Assembly: GCF_036365525.1 (NCBI RefSeq) | Contig: NC_090393.1 | Span: 54,700,488 to 54,764,487, forward strand | Direction of reading: 5' to 3' | From: Heterodontus francisci | Taxonomy: Eukaryota | Length of the DNA: 64,000 nucleotides | Part shown: in pieces, positions 12,500-23,540 of the stretch | How the letters are laid out: the number at the start of each line of letters is the position of its first letter | Position numbering within the stretch: the stretch's first letter is position 1 | Notes under the pieces: generated by a model | What the model saw: the letters and a program-made list of their open reading frames with translations, nothing else | The model's database searches: none | What the model was told of the DNA's origin: nothing | Program-made: the position numbers and the translations under genes

Positions 12500-15170
12500 T
12501 GGAATTCAGCAGTTTAGTCCGTGTTTGGACCAAGGCTGTAATTAGTTCCAGAGCCAATTGAGTGCCAGTGAGCAGGTTATTGCCAAGTACATACCACTTG
12601 ACAGCACTGCTGACAACACCTTCCAGCAGGTTGCTGATGATTGAGAATAGACTGATAGGGTGGTAATTAACCAGGCTGATTTGCCCAGCGTTTGGTGGAC
12701 AGGACATACCTGGGCAATTGGTAGATGCCAGTGTTGTGTCTGTACTGGAACAGCTTGGCTGGAGGTGCAACTAGTTCTGGGGTGCAAGCCTTAAGTACTA
12801 CAGCAGGGATGTTGTTGCGGCCCATAGCCATTGTGGTATCCAGTGCCTTTAGCCATTTCTTGGTAGCAAATGGAATGAATCAAAATTGGCTGAAGTCTGC
12901 CATCTTTTTATTTTATTCATTTCATGAGGTGTGTCACTGGCAAGGTCAGCATTTTTTGCCCATCCCTAATTGCCCTTGAGAAAGTGGTGGCAAGCTGCCT
13001 TCTTGAACTGCTGCAGTCCATCTGGTGGGGACAATCACACAGTGCTATTACGGATGGAGTTCCAGGATTTTGGTTCATTGAAAGTGAAGGAACAGCGATA
13101 TATTTCCAAGTTAGGAAGGAGTGCGGCTTAGAGGGATGCTTACAGGATGGTGATGTTCCCACATGTCTGCTGCCCTTGTACTTCTAGGTGGAAGAGGTCG
13201 CATGTTTGGAAGGTTCTATCGATGGAGGCATGGTGAGTTGCTGCAGTGCATTTAGTAAATGGTACATCGTGCTGCCACTGTGCGCTGGCGGTTGAGGGAG
13301 TGAATGTTTAAGATGGTGGATGGGGTGTAAATCAAGCGTGCTGTTTTTTCCTGGATGCTGTCGTGCTTCCTGAGTATCGTTGGAACCGCACTCATCCACG
13401 CAAGTGAAGAGTATACCATCACACTCCTGAATTGTGTTTCGTAGATGGTGGACAATCTTTGGGAAGTCAGGAGGTGGGTTACTCACCACAGAAGTCCGAG
13501 CCTCTGACCTACTCTTGCAGCCACAGTATTTATGTGGCTGCTCCAGTTCCGTTTCAGGTCAATTGTAACACTGAGGATGCTGATAGCAGGGGATTTTGTG
13601 ATGGCAATGCCGTTCAAAGTCAAGGGGAGATCACTGAATTTTGTCTTGTTGGAGATTATCAATGCCTGGCACTTCTGTGGTGCAGATGTTACTTACCACT
13701 TATCAGCCAAAGCCTGAATGTTGTCCAGGTCTTGCTGCATAAGGACATGGACTGCATCACTATCTCTGATGGTAGTGGCCTCAGGAGGAGGCTGAGATGG
13801 ATCAGCACTTCAGGCTGAAGGTTGTTGCAGTGCTTCAGCCCTGTCTTTGGCACTCTCACGCTGGGTTCTTCCTCCCTTGAGGATTGGAATAGACATGAAG
13901 AATCCTCCTCCCATTAGTTGTCAACTTTGTTTCCCACCATTCGTGACTGGATTGGGCAGGACTACGGATTTTGATCTGATCCATTGATTGTGGGGTTGCT
14001 TAATTCTGTCGATAGCATACTGCTTCCGTTGTTTAGCATGCACGTAGTCCTGTGTTTCAGTTTTACCAGTCATACAGCTCACTTTTAAGTTTGCCTGGCG
14101 TTACTCATGGCATGCTGTCCACCACTGCTAACTGAACCAGGATTTAGAGCATGGGAACCCAACCCCAACCCGACCAGAACCGATGACGTGTCAGCTTTGG
14201 GTCGGGTCTCTCTTCCTGGTCCGGCATTGGGGTTCAGGTCGGGTCGGGCTGGGTAGGACACAGTGCTGCCTTTTGCTTAAGGAGGGAAAAGCTTCAAAAT
14301 TTGAACGGCCAGGACGTCAAGGCAAGAAATGTGCATCCGGGCTCGGCACTAGTCTGCAGTGCATGATTCCATTCAAGGTAGAGCACAACCTCTTTGATAT
14401 AATCAACTTCATTCCAGTAGTCGTGCCAGGCGAGTTGGGTCGGGTCGGGCGCAGGAACAAATCAAAGGACTCAGGATGGGTCGGATTCGGGGTCGGATGT
14501 GGTTCTCTCGTTCCAGGGTTGGGTTTCAATTGCATACCTGAGCAGGCCTTTACCAGGGTTAGCCGCGTCGCGTGATGGTGATAGTAGAGTGTGGCCATGA
14601 GATTACAGATTGTGCTTGAATATAATTCTGCTGCTTTTGATGTCTCACAGTGCTTCAAGGATGTCCCATTTTCAGCTTCGAGATCTGTTCTGCTCTAACC
14701 CATTTTGTATGGTGCTACTGTCATGGAACATGATGGAGGGTTTCATCAGTGTGAAGGCAGGACTTTGTCTTCACAAGGGCTGTGCAGTGGTGACTCCTAA
14801 CAACACTGTCATAGACAGATGCATCTGCAACAGAGAGGCTGACGAGGACTGGCTCAGGTCGATTTTCCAACATGATGGGTCTCTCACTACCTGCTTCAGA
14901 CCCAGTATGGCAGCTTCGTCAGTAGTGGTGCTACTGAGCCACTTTTGGTGCTGGACATTTAAATCCCTCACCCAGATTATATTCTGAGCACTTGCTACTA
15001 TCAGTGCTTCTTCAAGTGGTGTTCAACATAGAGGAGGACTTATTTATCAGCCGAGGGAGGGCCGTAGGTGATAATCAGCCATAAGAATTTATGGAGCCAA
15101 AATTATTTTAAGGATTCCCAGGTTCAGTCCCTCCCAACCATATACCACTGCGCCTTCACCTCTGGTGAGT
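12500..15170 (-). mobile_element. Fragmented, rearranged non-LTR retrotransposon remnants (clade uncertain); copy at ~42905-45575
   Basis: NYHPISLFSIISKLLEGVV, SVMVYSSLAWMSAVPT...IQEKTARLI, APE-like DLNVQHQKWL. Confidence 0.7.
14145..14552. mobile_element. Non-autonomous hAT-like element with ACCCG/CGGGT subterminal repeats; copy at 44549-44956
   Basis: 8-bp flanks ccaggatt / ccagggtt; TA..TA ends; many (t)cgggt / acccga motifs. Confidence 0.55.
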
Positions 15171-15592
15171 CTGGACAGAGTTTTATGTTGGGCGGGAGGT
15201 CCCGCCCACCGGCCAAACCTTCGGGGATGAGCCCACCTCTGCCGGGCCTGGAGACCCACGCCAGGCTTTTACACTCCCCAGCCTATTACTTGCCGCTGCT
15301 ACCCCTCATAAAATTGTAGTGCCTATTTAAGACAGAGATGAGGAGAAAGGTTTTCTCTCAGAGGGTCGTAAGTCTTTGGAACTCTCATCGTGCAAAGTCA
15401 GTGGAAGAGGTACTTAGAATCTTGATGAACAAGAGGGTGAAAGGTTATTGGCGGTAGGCAGGAATGGGGTGTTGAGGTTACATTCAGATCAGCCATGATC
15501 TTGTTGAATGGCGGAGGAGGCACGAGGGGCCGGGTGGTCTACTCCAGCACTTAATTCATATGTTCGGATGTCATCCCTGTGTCATATGTTAC

Positions 15593-15612
15593 AGCACCAG
15601 CAGGTGGCAATG
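15593..15612 (+). promoter_or_regulatory. CTCF-like motif, also containing E-box CAGGTG; copy at 46005-46024
   Basis: agcaCCAGCAGGTGGCAatg matches the CTCF core CCASYAGRKGGCR. Confidence 0.6.
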
Positions 15613-16059
15613 TTGCACTACATTTATTTGGTGCACAAATGTCAATGGCATCTCAGACATTTCTTATGAGTAAAAATAAGAACATTTTGTGATTAATTAT
15701 ATCACATTTTATCAAAATATTACAACTTAAAGATATTTGTCTCTCAATTAGCCACAATTATTTACATCAAACCTTTGATACTTCCGAAATTGTCTTTAAC
15801 ATTTCCCGTTGCTTGGTTTCGGCTTGCAAAATGCTAACAATATAAGTGACTCCTTGCAACTCAGAGCAAGCACAGAGCGATCGCGGATGTCATCAATCTG
15901 TGCGGACGTTTGCCAGCTTGCCAGTATGAATGCGCGGTTGCCTTGTCAGCAAACTCAGCCCATCTAAACCTGTGGTTCTCAAACAGAGCTCCCCAGACCC
16001 GTGGGGTCCGCAGTGACCTTCTGTGCTGTCCGCGTGCGGGACAACCTTATAGTTGGACG

Positions 16060-16643
16060 AAAACAAGAAATGCTGGATTCACTCAGCAGGTCTGGCAGCA
16101 TCTGTGGAAAGAGAAGCAGAGTTAACGTTTCGGGTCAGTGACCCTTCTTCGGAACTGACAAATATTAGAAAAGTCACAGATTATAAACAAGTGAGGTGGG
16201 GGTTGGGCAAGAGATAACAAAGGAGAAGGTGCAGATTGGACCAGGCCACATAGCTGACCAAAAGGTCACGGAGCAAAGGCAAACAATATGTTAATGGTGT
16301 GTTGAAAGACAAAGCATTAGTACAGATTAGGTGTGAATATACTGAATATTGAACATCAGCAAGTGCAAACCTGAAGAAAAACAACCTGAAAAAAACAGTG
16401 GGTAAGCAAACTGAACAAACTAAGATGAAATGAAATAAATGCAAAAAAAGATTGTAAAAAATGTAAAAAGGAATGCAAAAAAAAGGAATAAAAAATAACT
16501 AAAAATGACTGAAAAAGAAAGTAAAGTGGGGGGCTGTCATGCTCTGAAATTATTGAACTCAATGTTCAGTCCGGCAGGCTGTAGTGTGCCTAATCGGTAG
16601 ATGAGATGCTGTTCCTCGAGCTTGCGTTGATGTATAGTTGATG
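16060..16643 (-). mobile_element. 5'-truncated PLE, copy-1 specific
   Basis: 12-bp TSD tatagttggacg (16048-16059, 16644-16655); empty site at 46460-46471; encodes the endonuclease tail RKLEEQHLIYRLGTLQPAGLN. Confidence 0.9.
16120..16156 (-). ncRNA. Hammerhead-like motif in a PLE end (others at 9882-9917, 40287-40322, 59019-59055, 60173-60209 minus; 60976-61012 plus)
   Basis: Reverse complement AGTT-CCGAAGA-A-GGGTCACTGACCC-GAAACGTT-AACT. Confidence 0.7.
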
Positions 16644-17104
16644 TATAGTTGGACGGCTGTCCAGGGCTCCGTAACCAAGAGTATGCAAGTGAACGGCGAT
16701 CGCAGCCGTGCTCTGCTCCATCGTGCTCCTCCAGTGTTTTTTTCCGTGATCTGCTTCCCCCGTGATGCGATTCCCGCCATTGTACTGCTCTCTCCGGGTT
16801 GCTGCCAAGAATAGACAGACTATGCAGTGAGAAGCAGGCACTCCCATCACAGTGTTATCTATAAGTAAATACCGGTCTTCTCAAAACCGTTCTTAAAACA
16901 ATCTTTACATGCAGCACTTTCATATTTTGAGCTTTATATAGCATTATAATTGGGCCGGGATGGGGGGCATGATTACTAATCTATTAATCCGTTAAAAGGA
17001 GTCCTTTAGTGAAAAAGATTTGAGAACCACTGGACCAGAGAAACTGGGGCTTCTCTCAGAGTGGAGCACGTTAAAGAGAGATTTGATCGAGATGTTCTTC
17101 AAGC

Positions 17105-19790
17105 AACAGAAAAGCAAATAATGCGAATGCTACAAATCTGAAACAGAAACAGAAAATGCTGGAAATACTCAGCAGGTCTGCCAGCATCTGTGGAGAGAGG
17201 AACAGAGTTAACTTTTCATGTCGATGACCCTTCATGAGAACTGGGAAACGTTGTAAATGTAAAAGATTTAAAGTAGTATAAATATAGGAGGATGGAAATA
17301 GAACAAAATGGAACGTCTGTGATAGGGTGGAAGTTGGGAGACATTGAATGACAAAGGAGTTGGTGGGGCAGAGTGAAAGGGAGTAGTAATGGGACAAGTA
17401 AAGAAAAAAAATGTCTCCAGAGGAGGTGTGAATGGCAGCATAATGAACAGCTACAATCCAAAAGCAAAAACAAGAGAAAAAGTGTGAAAAACAAGACAGC
17501 AGTCGAAACATGCAAAGGAAAGGTATTAAAATGGGGGCAGAGATTAGAGTCTGGAATTGTTGAACTCAGTATTGAGTCCAGAAGGCTGTAGAGTGACTAA
17601 TCAAGAGATGAGCTTCATCGGAACACTGCAGCAGGCCGAGGACAGAGATGCCAGCGTGAGAGCATGATGGAGAATGAAAGCTGCAGTCCACTGGAAGCCT
17701 GGGGTCATGCTTGTGGCTGACCAGAGGTATTCCACAAATTGTTCACCCAATCTGCATTTATTCTCCTTAATGTAGAGCAGATTGCGTTGTGAGCAGCATA
17801 AACGGCGGATAGGTTACTAGGCTGTTTCCCCTCGAAGGAGTGTTTGAGGCCTAGGACAGTGAGGCGAGATGAGGCAAGGGGACAGTTCCTGTATCTCCTG
17901 TGCTTGCATGGAAGGGGACAGGGTGTTGGGTGTGAGAGAGGAGTGGAGCAGGGTGTCACGGAGGGAATGTTCCCTCCAGAATGCTGAATGGGGAGGGGAG
18001 CAAAAATGTGTTTGATGGTGGCATCAAGTTGGATGGGGCAGAAATAGTGGAGGATGATCCATTGAATGTGGAAGCTGGTGGGGTAGAAGGTGAGGACAAG
18101 GGGAAACCTATTGTGGCTCTGGGAGGGATGGAAAGGTTTGACAGCCGAAGTGTGCGATATGGGTCAGACATGGTTGAGGGCACTGTCAGCCACGTTGGGG
18201 GGCGGGGAGATGCGGGGGATAGAATCCTTGGTTGAGGAAGAAGGGAAACATATCCGAAGTACTGGTGTGGAAGGTTGCATCATCAGAATAGAGATGGAGA
18301 AACTGGGAGAATGGAATGTAGTCCATACAGAAAGTAATTTGTGACTGTGTAGTTGAGGCAGCTGAGCCAGTCAGTGGGCTTATTATGACTATTTGTTTAT
18401 AACCCATCACTATAAATGAAGACAAAGAGGCACAGGAAGAGAAGCGGAGTTGGAGATTGCTCATGAGAAGGTGAGAGAAGGGCAGAAATTGGAATCAAAG
18501 TTGATAAACATTTCCAGTTCAGAGCGAGAGCAGGGAATGACACTGATACATTCATCAATGTACTGGAAATAGAGTTGAGGGAAGGGGAACAATGAATCTT
18601 CCACATTTTCCACAAAAAGGCGGGTATAGCTAGGACCTAGGTGGGTAGCCATAGCAACACCTTTTATCTGGAGGAAGTGAGATGAGTTAAAGAATAATTT
18701 ATTCAATGAGAGAACAAGTTCCAACAGGCAGAAGTGTATGGTGGTGGATGGAAACTGGTTGCACCTCCATTCAAAGAAGATGTGGAGAGCCCTCAAACCA
18801 TCCTGGTGGGGGATGGAGGTGTGGAGAGATTGGACGTCCATGGTGATGAGAAGTTGGTTATGGCCGGGAAACTGGAAACAGTTGAAGTGACAGTGGGCAT
18901 CACAAGAGTCACGGATGTAGGTAGGAAAGACTGGACAAGGGGAGAACAAAATAGATTCGAGAGGAAGAAATCAGTTCAGTCGGGCAGGAACAGGTTGAAG
19001 CAATAAGTCTCTTTGGGTAGTCCTGTGTGTGGATCTTGGGAAGCAGGTGGACGTGGGCTGTAAGGCGTTGGGGAACTATGAGGTTCTAAGCTGTGGAGGG
19101 ATGATCTCCAGTCGTGGAAATAATGGTTTGGTGTTTGGTGCTGTGGTTATTCTTCAGGGAGAGGTAGGAGGAAGTGTCAGAGAGTTGATGTTCAGCATCT
19201 GATAGGTAAAGATCAGTTTGTCAGACAACAACAGCACCATTCTTGTCAGCAGTTTTGATATGATGTTAGGGTTGGACCTGGGAGAACAGAATGCAGTCAG
19301 TTCAGGGGGAGATAGGTGACAGTGAGTGTGGGGAGCAGAGAAATTGAGACGGTCAATGTCACATTGCATTTCTCAATGTAAAGATCAAGAGAGGTAAGAG
19401 GCAGGGGAGGAGGGGGTGGGGGGTAGCGGTGGGTGCGAGGTGGAGAGAGAATATTGGAAATGGGTAAACTGGTTTGATGTGTGAAGGGAGGACTCCTGGC
19501 CAAAGAAGTCGGCGCAGAGGCAAAGACAATGGAAAAAGAGCTCAACATCGTGCCGAGATCAAAATTCTTTGAGATAGGCCGTAAGGGAATAAAGCTGAAT
19601 CCTTTACGAAGAACCGATTGTTCAGGGTCAAGGTGGGGAATGTGGGAAGTTATTGTGAATACACGGCAAGAGGTGAGATTAGAAGAAGGGATGTAGTCAG
19701 AAGGAAGTGAAGGGGAGAAAGATCTGGAAGGGTATTGGTACCCATGAGCTGTCTGAGCTTGCGATCGTCAACAACTGACATGAAGATAAA
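17105..19790 (-). mobile_element. Long decayed PLE inserted in a CR1 3' fragment; copy at ~46921-49610
   Basis: PLE RT motifs LITMDVQSLHTSIPHQDGLRAL, FLQIKGVAMATHLGPSY, YIDE, IPFSQFL; terminal repeat related to the short PLE copies; CR1 sequence on both sides (17040-17100, 19795-20140). Confidence 0.85.
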
Positions 19791-20594
19791 AAGTTCTTGA
19801 AGGAATTTGATAGAGTAAATAAGCAGCACGTCTTTCCAGTGGCAGAGTTTCGACAACCAGAGGTCACAGATTTAAGGTAATTTGGGAAAAGAACAGAAGG
19901 GCAAGGAGGAAAACAAAGTCACGCCAGTTGTTTTGATCTGGAATACATCAGCTGAAATGTTGGTGGGAGAAGATTTAATAATAACTTTCGAAAGGGAATT
20001 TGATAATCACTTGAAGTTGGGAAATATAGAGGGTTCTGGAGAAAGACGAGGGCATTGGATCTAATTTGATGGCTGCTTCACAGAGCCTACATAGGCGCTA
20101 TGGGCCGATTGGCCTCCTTTGGTGCTGTTTTATTCCATGAATCTCTGTACTATCTGAGACACTATCTGCAACCACGACGGCCTGTGCTCTCAGTGTACTG
20201 ATTGAATCGTTATTTCTTGCTCTCTCTGTGCCTTTCAGTTGGACAATGAGAATGGAATTTCGCACAACAGTGACATCGCACAGATGATTTCACTTTGCCG
20301 TTTTTCATAACTATCACAAGTCTAATGAACAACTGTTATATTTGACTCATTTACCCTTAATTTTTCAATTCATTGACATGACATTCTAAACCTCACCGTT
20401 TCCTGTGACACAAATATCTTGCCCGGAACCATTAATAAAACATCTTGCGGAAAGCACCATTTCCTCGTCCACATTTTTCTCACAAAGTTTAACTCACCAA
20501 GACTTCCCAAGAAGTGCACTATTGTCACCTCATTGCAGGGCAAGATGAAAATAAAACATTTCGATGTGTTTGTTAAACCTTCATTCATTTCCAT

Positions 20595-20622
20595 GATCGA
20601 TCGATCGATCGATCTATCTATC
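20595..20622. repeat. (GATC)5(TATC)2 microsatellite upstream of the promoter; copy at ~50416-50443
   Basis: Read directly from the sequence. Confidence 0.9.
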
Positions 20623-20871
20623 CCTGATGTCAATAGGGACAGTGCCCAATTTCTTTAATTCCTTGCTGCAAACAAATCAAATCTCAACTCATACTTTGCT
20701 TATCCAATGCGCTCTTCCCGAGGTCCATAGAGCTATTAAAGCATTTACTATGCTCAATCATTCTCCAGTTGTGTCCGATCTCATTGACGTTTTGTTTCTC
20801 TTTTTCTAAAATGACTGACATGCGCGTAATTCAAATATCAGTCAACACAGGGCATGGGAGCCCGTGACCTG

Positions 20872-20940
20872 ATTTACATGAATGGAAATTTGCATGTAAA
20901 TTTAATATTCAATGACGTTGCGAAGGTTGAAACTTTTTAA
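20872..20940 (+). promoter_or_regulatory. Ig light-chain promoter, cluster 1
   Basis: ATTTGCAT (light-chain orientation) at 20888-20895, 131 bp upstream of the ATG; variant octamers ATTTACAT 20872-20879 and ATGTAAAT 20894-20901; CRE-like TGACGT 20913-20918; TATA-like TTTTTAA 20934-20940. Confidence 0.85.
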
Positions 20941-21018
20941 GGAGAGGTTTAGAAAGAGCCCAGAACCACATTCGTGTCAGGAACTATTCTCCATCTGACC
21001 CTCACTAGAACCTTCACC

Positions 21019-21067
21019 ATGACTGAATGGGTTCAGGTTCTTGCCGCACTGATGCTCTGTCTCCACA
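21019..21067 (+). CDS. IGL: Ig light chain (lambda/type II) cluster 1, leader exon
   Basis: caccATG context, MTEWVQVLAALMLCLH hydrophobic signal peptide, phase-1 donor A|gtaagt at 21068. Confidence 0.93.
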
Positions 21068-21208
21068 GTAAGTACAGGCGTTAACCTTCATTATCGCTGC
21101 TGTTTGCATTGCTCGGAATTTTTTTGTGCTTGTGTTTAACAGACCTGAATTAGCAACAATATTCACAATTGCAGAGTTTGACTCATCAATAACTTGTTAT
21201 TTCACCAG

Positions 21209-21556
21209 GCACAAACGCGGATGCTGTCCTGACTCAGCCAGGATCCATCTCCACCTCCCCGGGGAGCACCGTCAAGATCACCTGCACCATGTCCGGAGGC
21301 AACATCGGCAGCTACTACACGAGCTGGTACTGGCAGAAACCCAGCAGTGCCCCTGTATTGGTTTGGAGCTCGGACAGCGGTCAAGCTTCGGGGATTCCAG
21401 ATCGATTTACCGGGTCTGTGGAGTCATCGAGTAACCAGTTACTTTTAACCATCACCAATGTGCAGTCGGAGGACGCCCCCGATTATTACTGTGCTGCCAG
21501 GAGTAGCAGTGCAGTTGCATATATTTTCGGGAGAGGAACCAAGCTGAACCTGGACA
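21209..21556 (+). CDS. IGL: Ig light chain cluster 1, fused VJ exon
   Basis: Acceptor ttcaccag|; (S)TNADAVLTQPGSISTSPGSTVKITC...WYWQKP...GIPDRFTGS...EDAPDYYC-AARSSSAVAYI-FGRGTKLNLD; V runs into the J motif FGxG with no RSS; donor A|gtaagt at 21557. Confidence 0.97.
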
Positions 21557-21925
21557 GTAAGTAAATTATTTCTACTGAGCGTTAACATTTTCAGCGTTAA
21601 CATCGAAATATCAAAAATCACTTTAAAATCACTGGCTTGGTAGATTGGATGAGAGCAAAACAGGACTATTTCTCTTAGAATACAGAGCTTGTGAATCAGC
21701 GTCCGGTGACATTTAAAAGATAGGCATAACTGCGCCCAATTTTACGCAGGGTTTTCAGGTTGGAAGAGAGGACAGAGGCAATTTTTTTAAGATGATACCA
21801 GTGCTGCAAGGTTTTAGTTACAAGAGAACGAGAGTGAAGCTCGGTCTACTGGAAGTTTACGGGATCATCTGCTAGAAATGAGCATAGTTCTGAGCAAAAT
21901 GAAAACAGATATTTTCACTGATGTG

Positions 21926-22036
21926 TGACATCACACCTCAATATCAGAACCAATTGTCGAGGCTCGGCCTCTCATTTTAGTATTGAAAAAAGTAGTGTTT
22001 CAACCCTTTCTTCATTTCTTCACATTACATAAACCA
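21926..22036 (+). repeat. 111-bp direct repeat A in the J-C intron; copy at 51748-51858
   Basis: tgacatcacacctcaa...cacattacataaacca recurs at 23430-23540. Confidence 0.92.
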
Positions 22037-23429
22037 GTCGGTAGCCTGAGGACATCAATTCAATGTCCTTGGTAGAAGGACGAAGGGACTGGATAGGATA
22101 TTTTCTTTACCCAGTGGAGTGTTAGGACTGCAGTGTCCTATCTCAAAGAATGGGGCGAGCAGAATCAGACTATCGTTTAAAAAGAAAGTGGATAAAACTT
22201 TGACAAAGGAAAAACAAATGGATGGGAATAGGACTAAGTGGGCGCCTTTCAAAGGGTGCGATTGGCCTGTTTCTGGCGATGATTCTATGAATCCCACAGG
22301 GTCTTTGAGACCGGAATACCGCGGCCCTTTTCGGCTCAAAAGTCATAAACACAAACTCAAAACTTTCATTCTACTGGGAGTGGTACCGGAATTTAATCAT
22401 CATTCTTGGATTGAGACTGCGGGAGGATAGTGTGGCGACTTGCTGTAAATCTCTCTCATTCGTCTCCAAACTCAGTGAAAACCGCTCAGGACATGATTCT
22501 CAGTCCGACATTTCGCATGAATCCCCGCTGACTATAGTAATCACACTGATGAGCTAAGTTCAGCTGGTGATAACCATTCACACTGATCGATTTTCTGCAT
22601 TCCGCAATAACAAACACCAATAATTGACATGATGCCTATTTTCTTAACAAGTCAGGGGCTTGTGTAGCAATGTCTCGGAATCGGTATCAGATTCTTCCTG
22701 CTGCTCTTGTGCTTTCAATTGCGCTTTGCTGTCGGTTCTGTGGTTAGGGCGAGAGGAGTAAAATGGAAAATGCACATACTCTATCGCTATTTTGACTTGG
22801 TTATTCGGTGGCATCACAGCAAAATGGGCTAAAATGAGATATAAAACAGAACATGCGACAGAATATTTTCAATTATTCCTTTTCAAAACGATCGCTGCTA
22901 CTAACTTTCTCGTTCGTTATTTACTTGCTTACTCTCCTAAAGGTCCAGAGGCTTCTCTCCCCATTAGAGAGACAGTTGGTGATACATAGTTTGAGGATCA
23001 CCACTCCTCAAGTTTGGGACAAGCCTCCATGAGCTAACACAGCCGGTAAAGGGATTGAGCCCACGCTGTTGGGGTCTTTCTGTCTCATATTCTAGCCGTC
23101 CACCCAGCTGACGCTCAGTTCGCTGCAAAACTCTTGTATTTAGACAATAATATAAACTGATGGTAAAACCTACTCAATAATCCCACGAGATTTCAGATAT
23201 TTCAGTATCTGAATTTTCAGCTAAACTCTGGGTGAGGCCTGGAGATTATACAAACTCTGACAACAGGGGTTGGAGGCACTTGTCAGACGAATCGCAGTTT
23301 CAGTCTCCAAATTAATAACGTTAGGAAAGTGAGGCGAAGTGTCGGTTCCAAGGCGAAACTCTCTGAATGGCAATAGATTGTTAAACCGTCACCGTCACAT
23401 CGAGTGCTGGTGAGACGCGCCGATGTAGC

Positions 23430-23540
23430 TGACGTCACACCTCAACATCAGAACCAATTGTAGAGGCTCGGCCTCTCATTTTAGTATTGAAAAAAGTAGT
23501 GTTTCAACCTTTTCTTCATTTCTTCACATTACATAAACCA
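23430..23540 (+). repeat. 111-bp direct repeat B in the J-C intron; copy at 53253-53364
   Basis: About 4 mismatches to repeat A. Confidence 0.92.

Larger units (their letters stand above)
15970..17032. mobile_element. hAT/Charlie-like MITE, interrupted by a PLE in copy 1; uninterrupted 467 bp at 46382-46848
   Basis: TIRs CTGTGGTTCTCAAA ... TTTGAGAACCACTG; degenerate nnCTAnAn-type flanks. Confidence 0.75.

Noticed and set aside
16181-16562. Phe/Leu-rich ORFs (also 55525-55788, 59080-59418, 17071-17511) as membrane proteins
   Set aside because: They derive from T-rich PLE 3' UTR sequence.
16848-16875. CACAGTG followed by GTAAATACC as a cryptic RSS
   Set aside because: 10-bp spacer, poor nonamer, lies in a MITE, and the heptamer is mutated in copy 2. 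Other CACAGTG sites checked also lack nonamers.
21126-21434. 102-aa ORF overlapping the V exon
   Set aside because: Alternative frame of the V exon starting in the intron; not preserved as such in cluster 2.
21289-21564. ORF-track starts and ends for V (MSGG...DSK*) and C (24706) as gene boundaries
   Set aside because: True boundaries are the splice sites; the listed starts are internal codons and the V stop lies in the intron.
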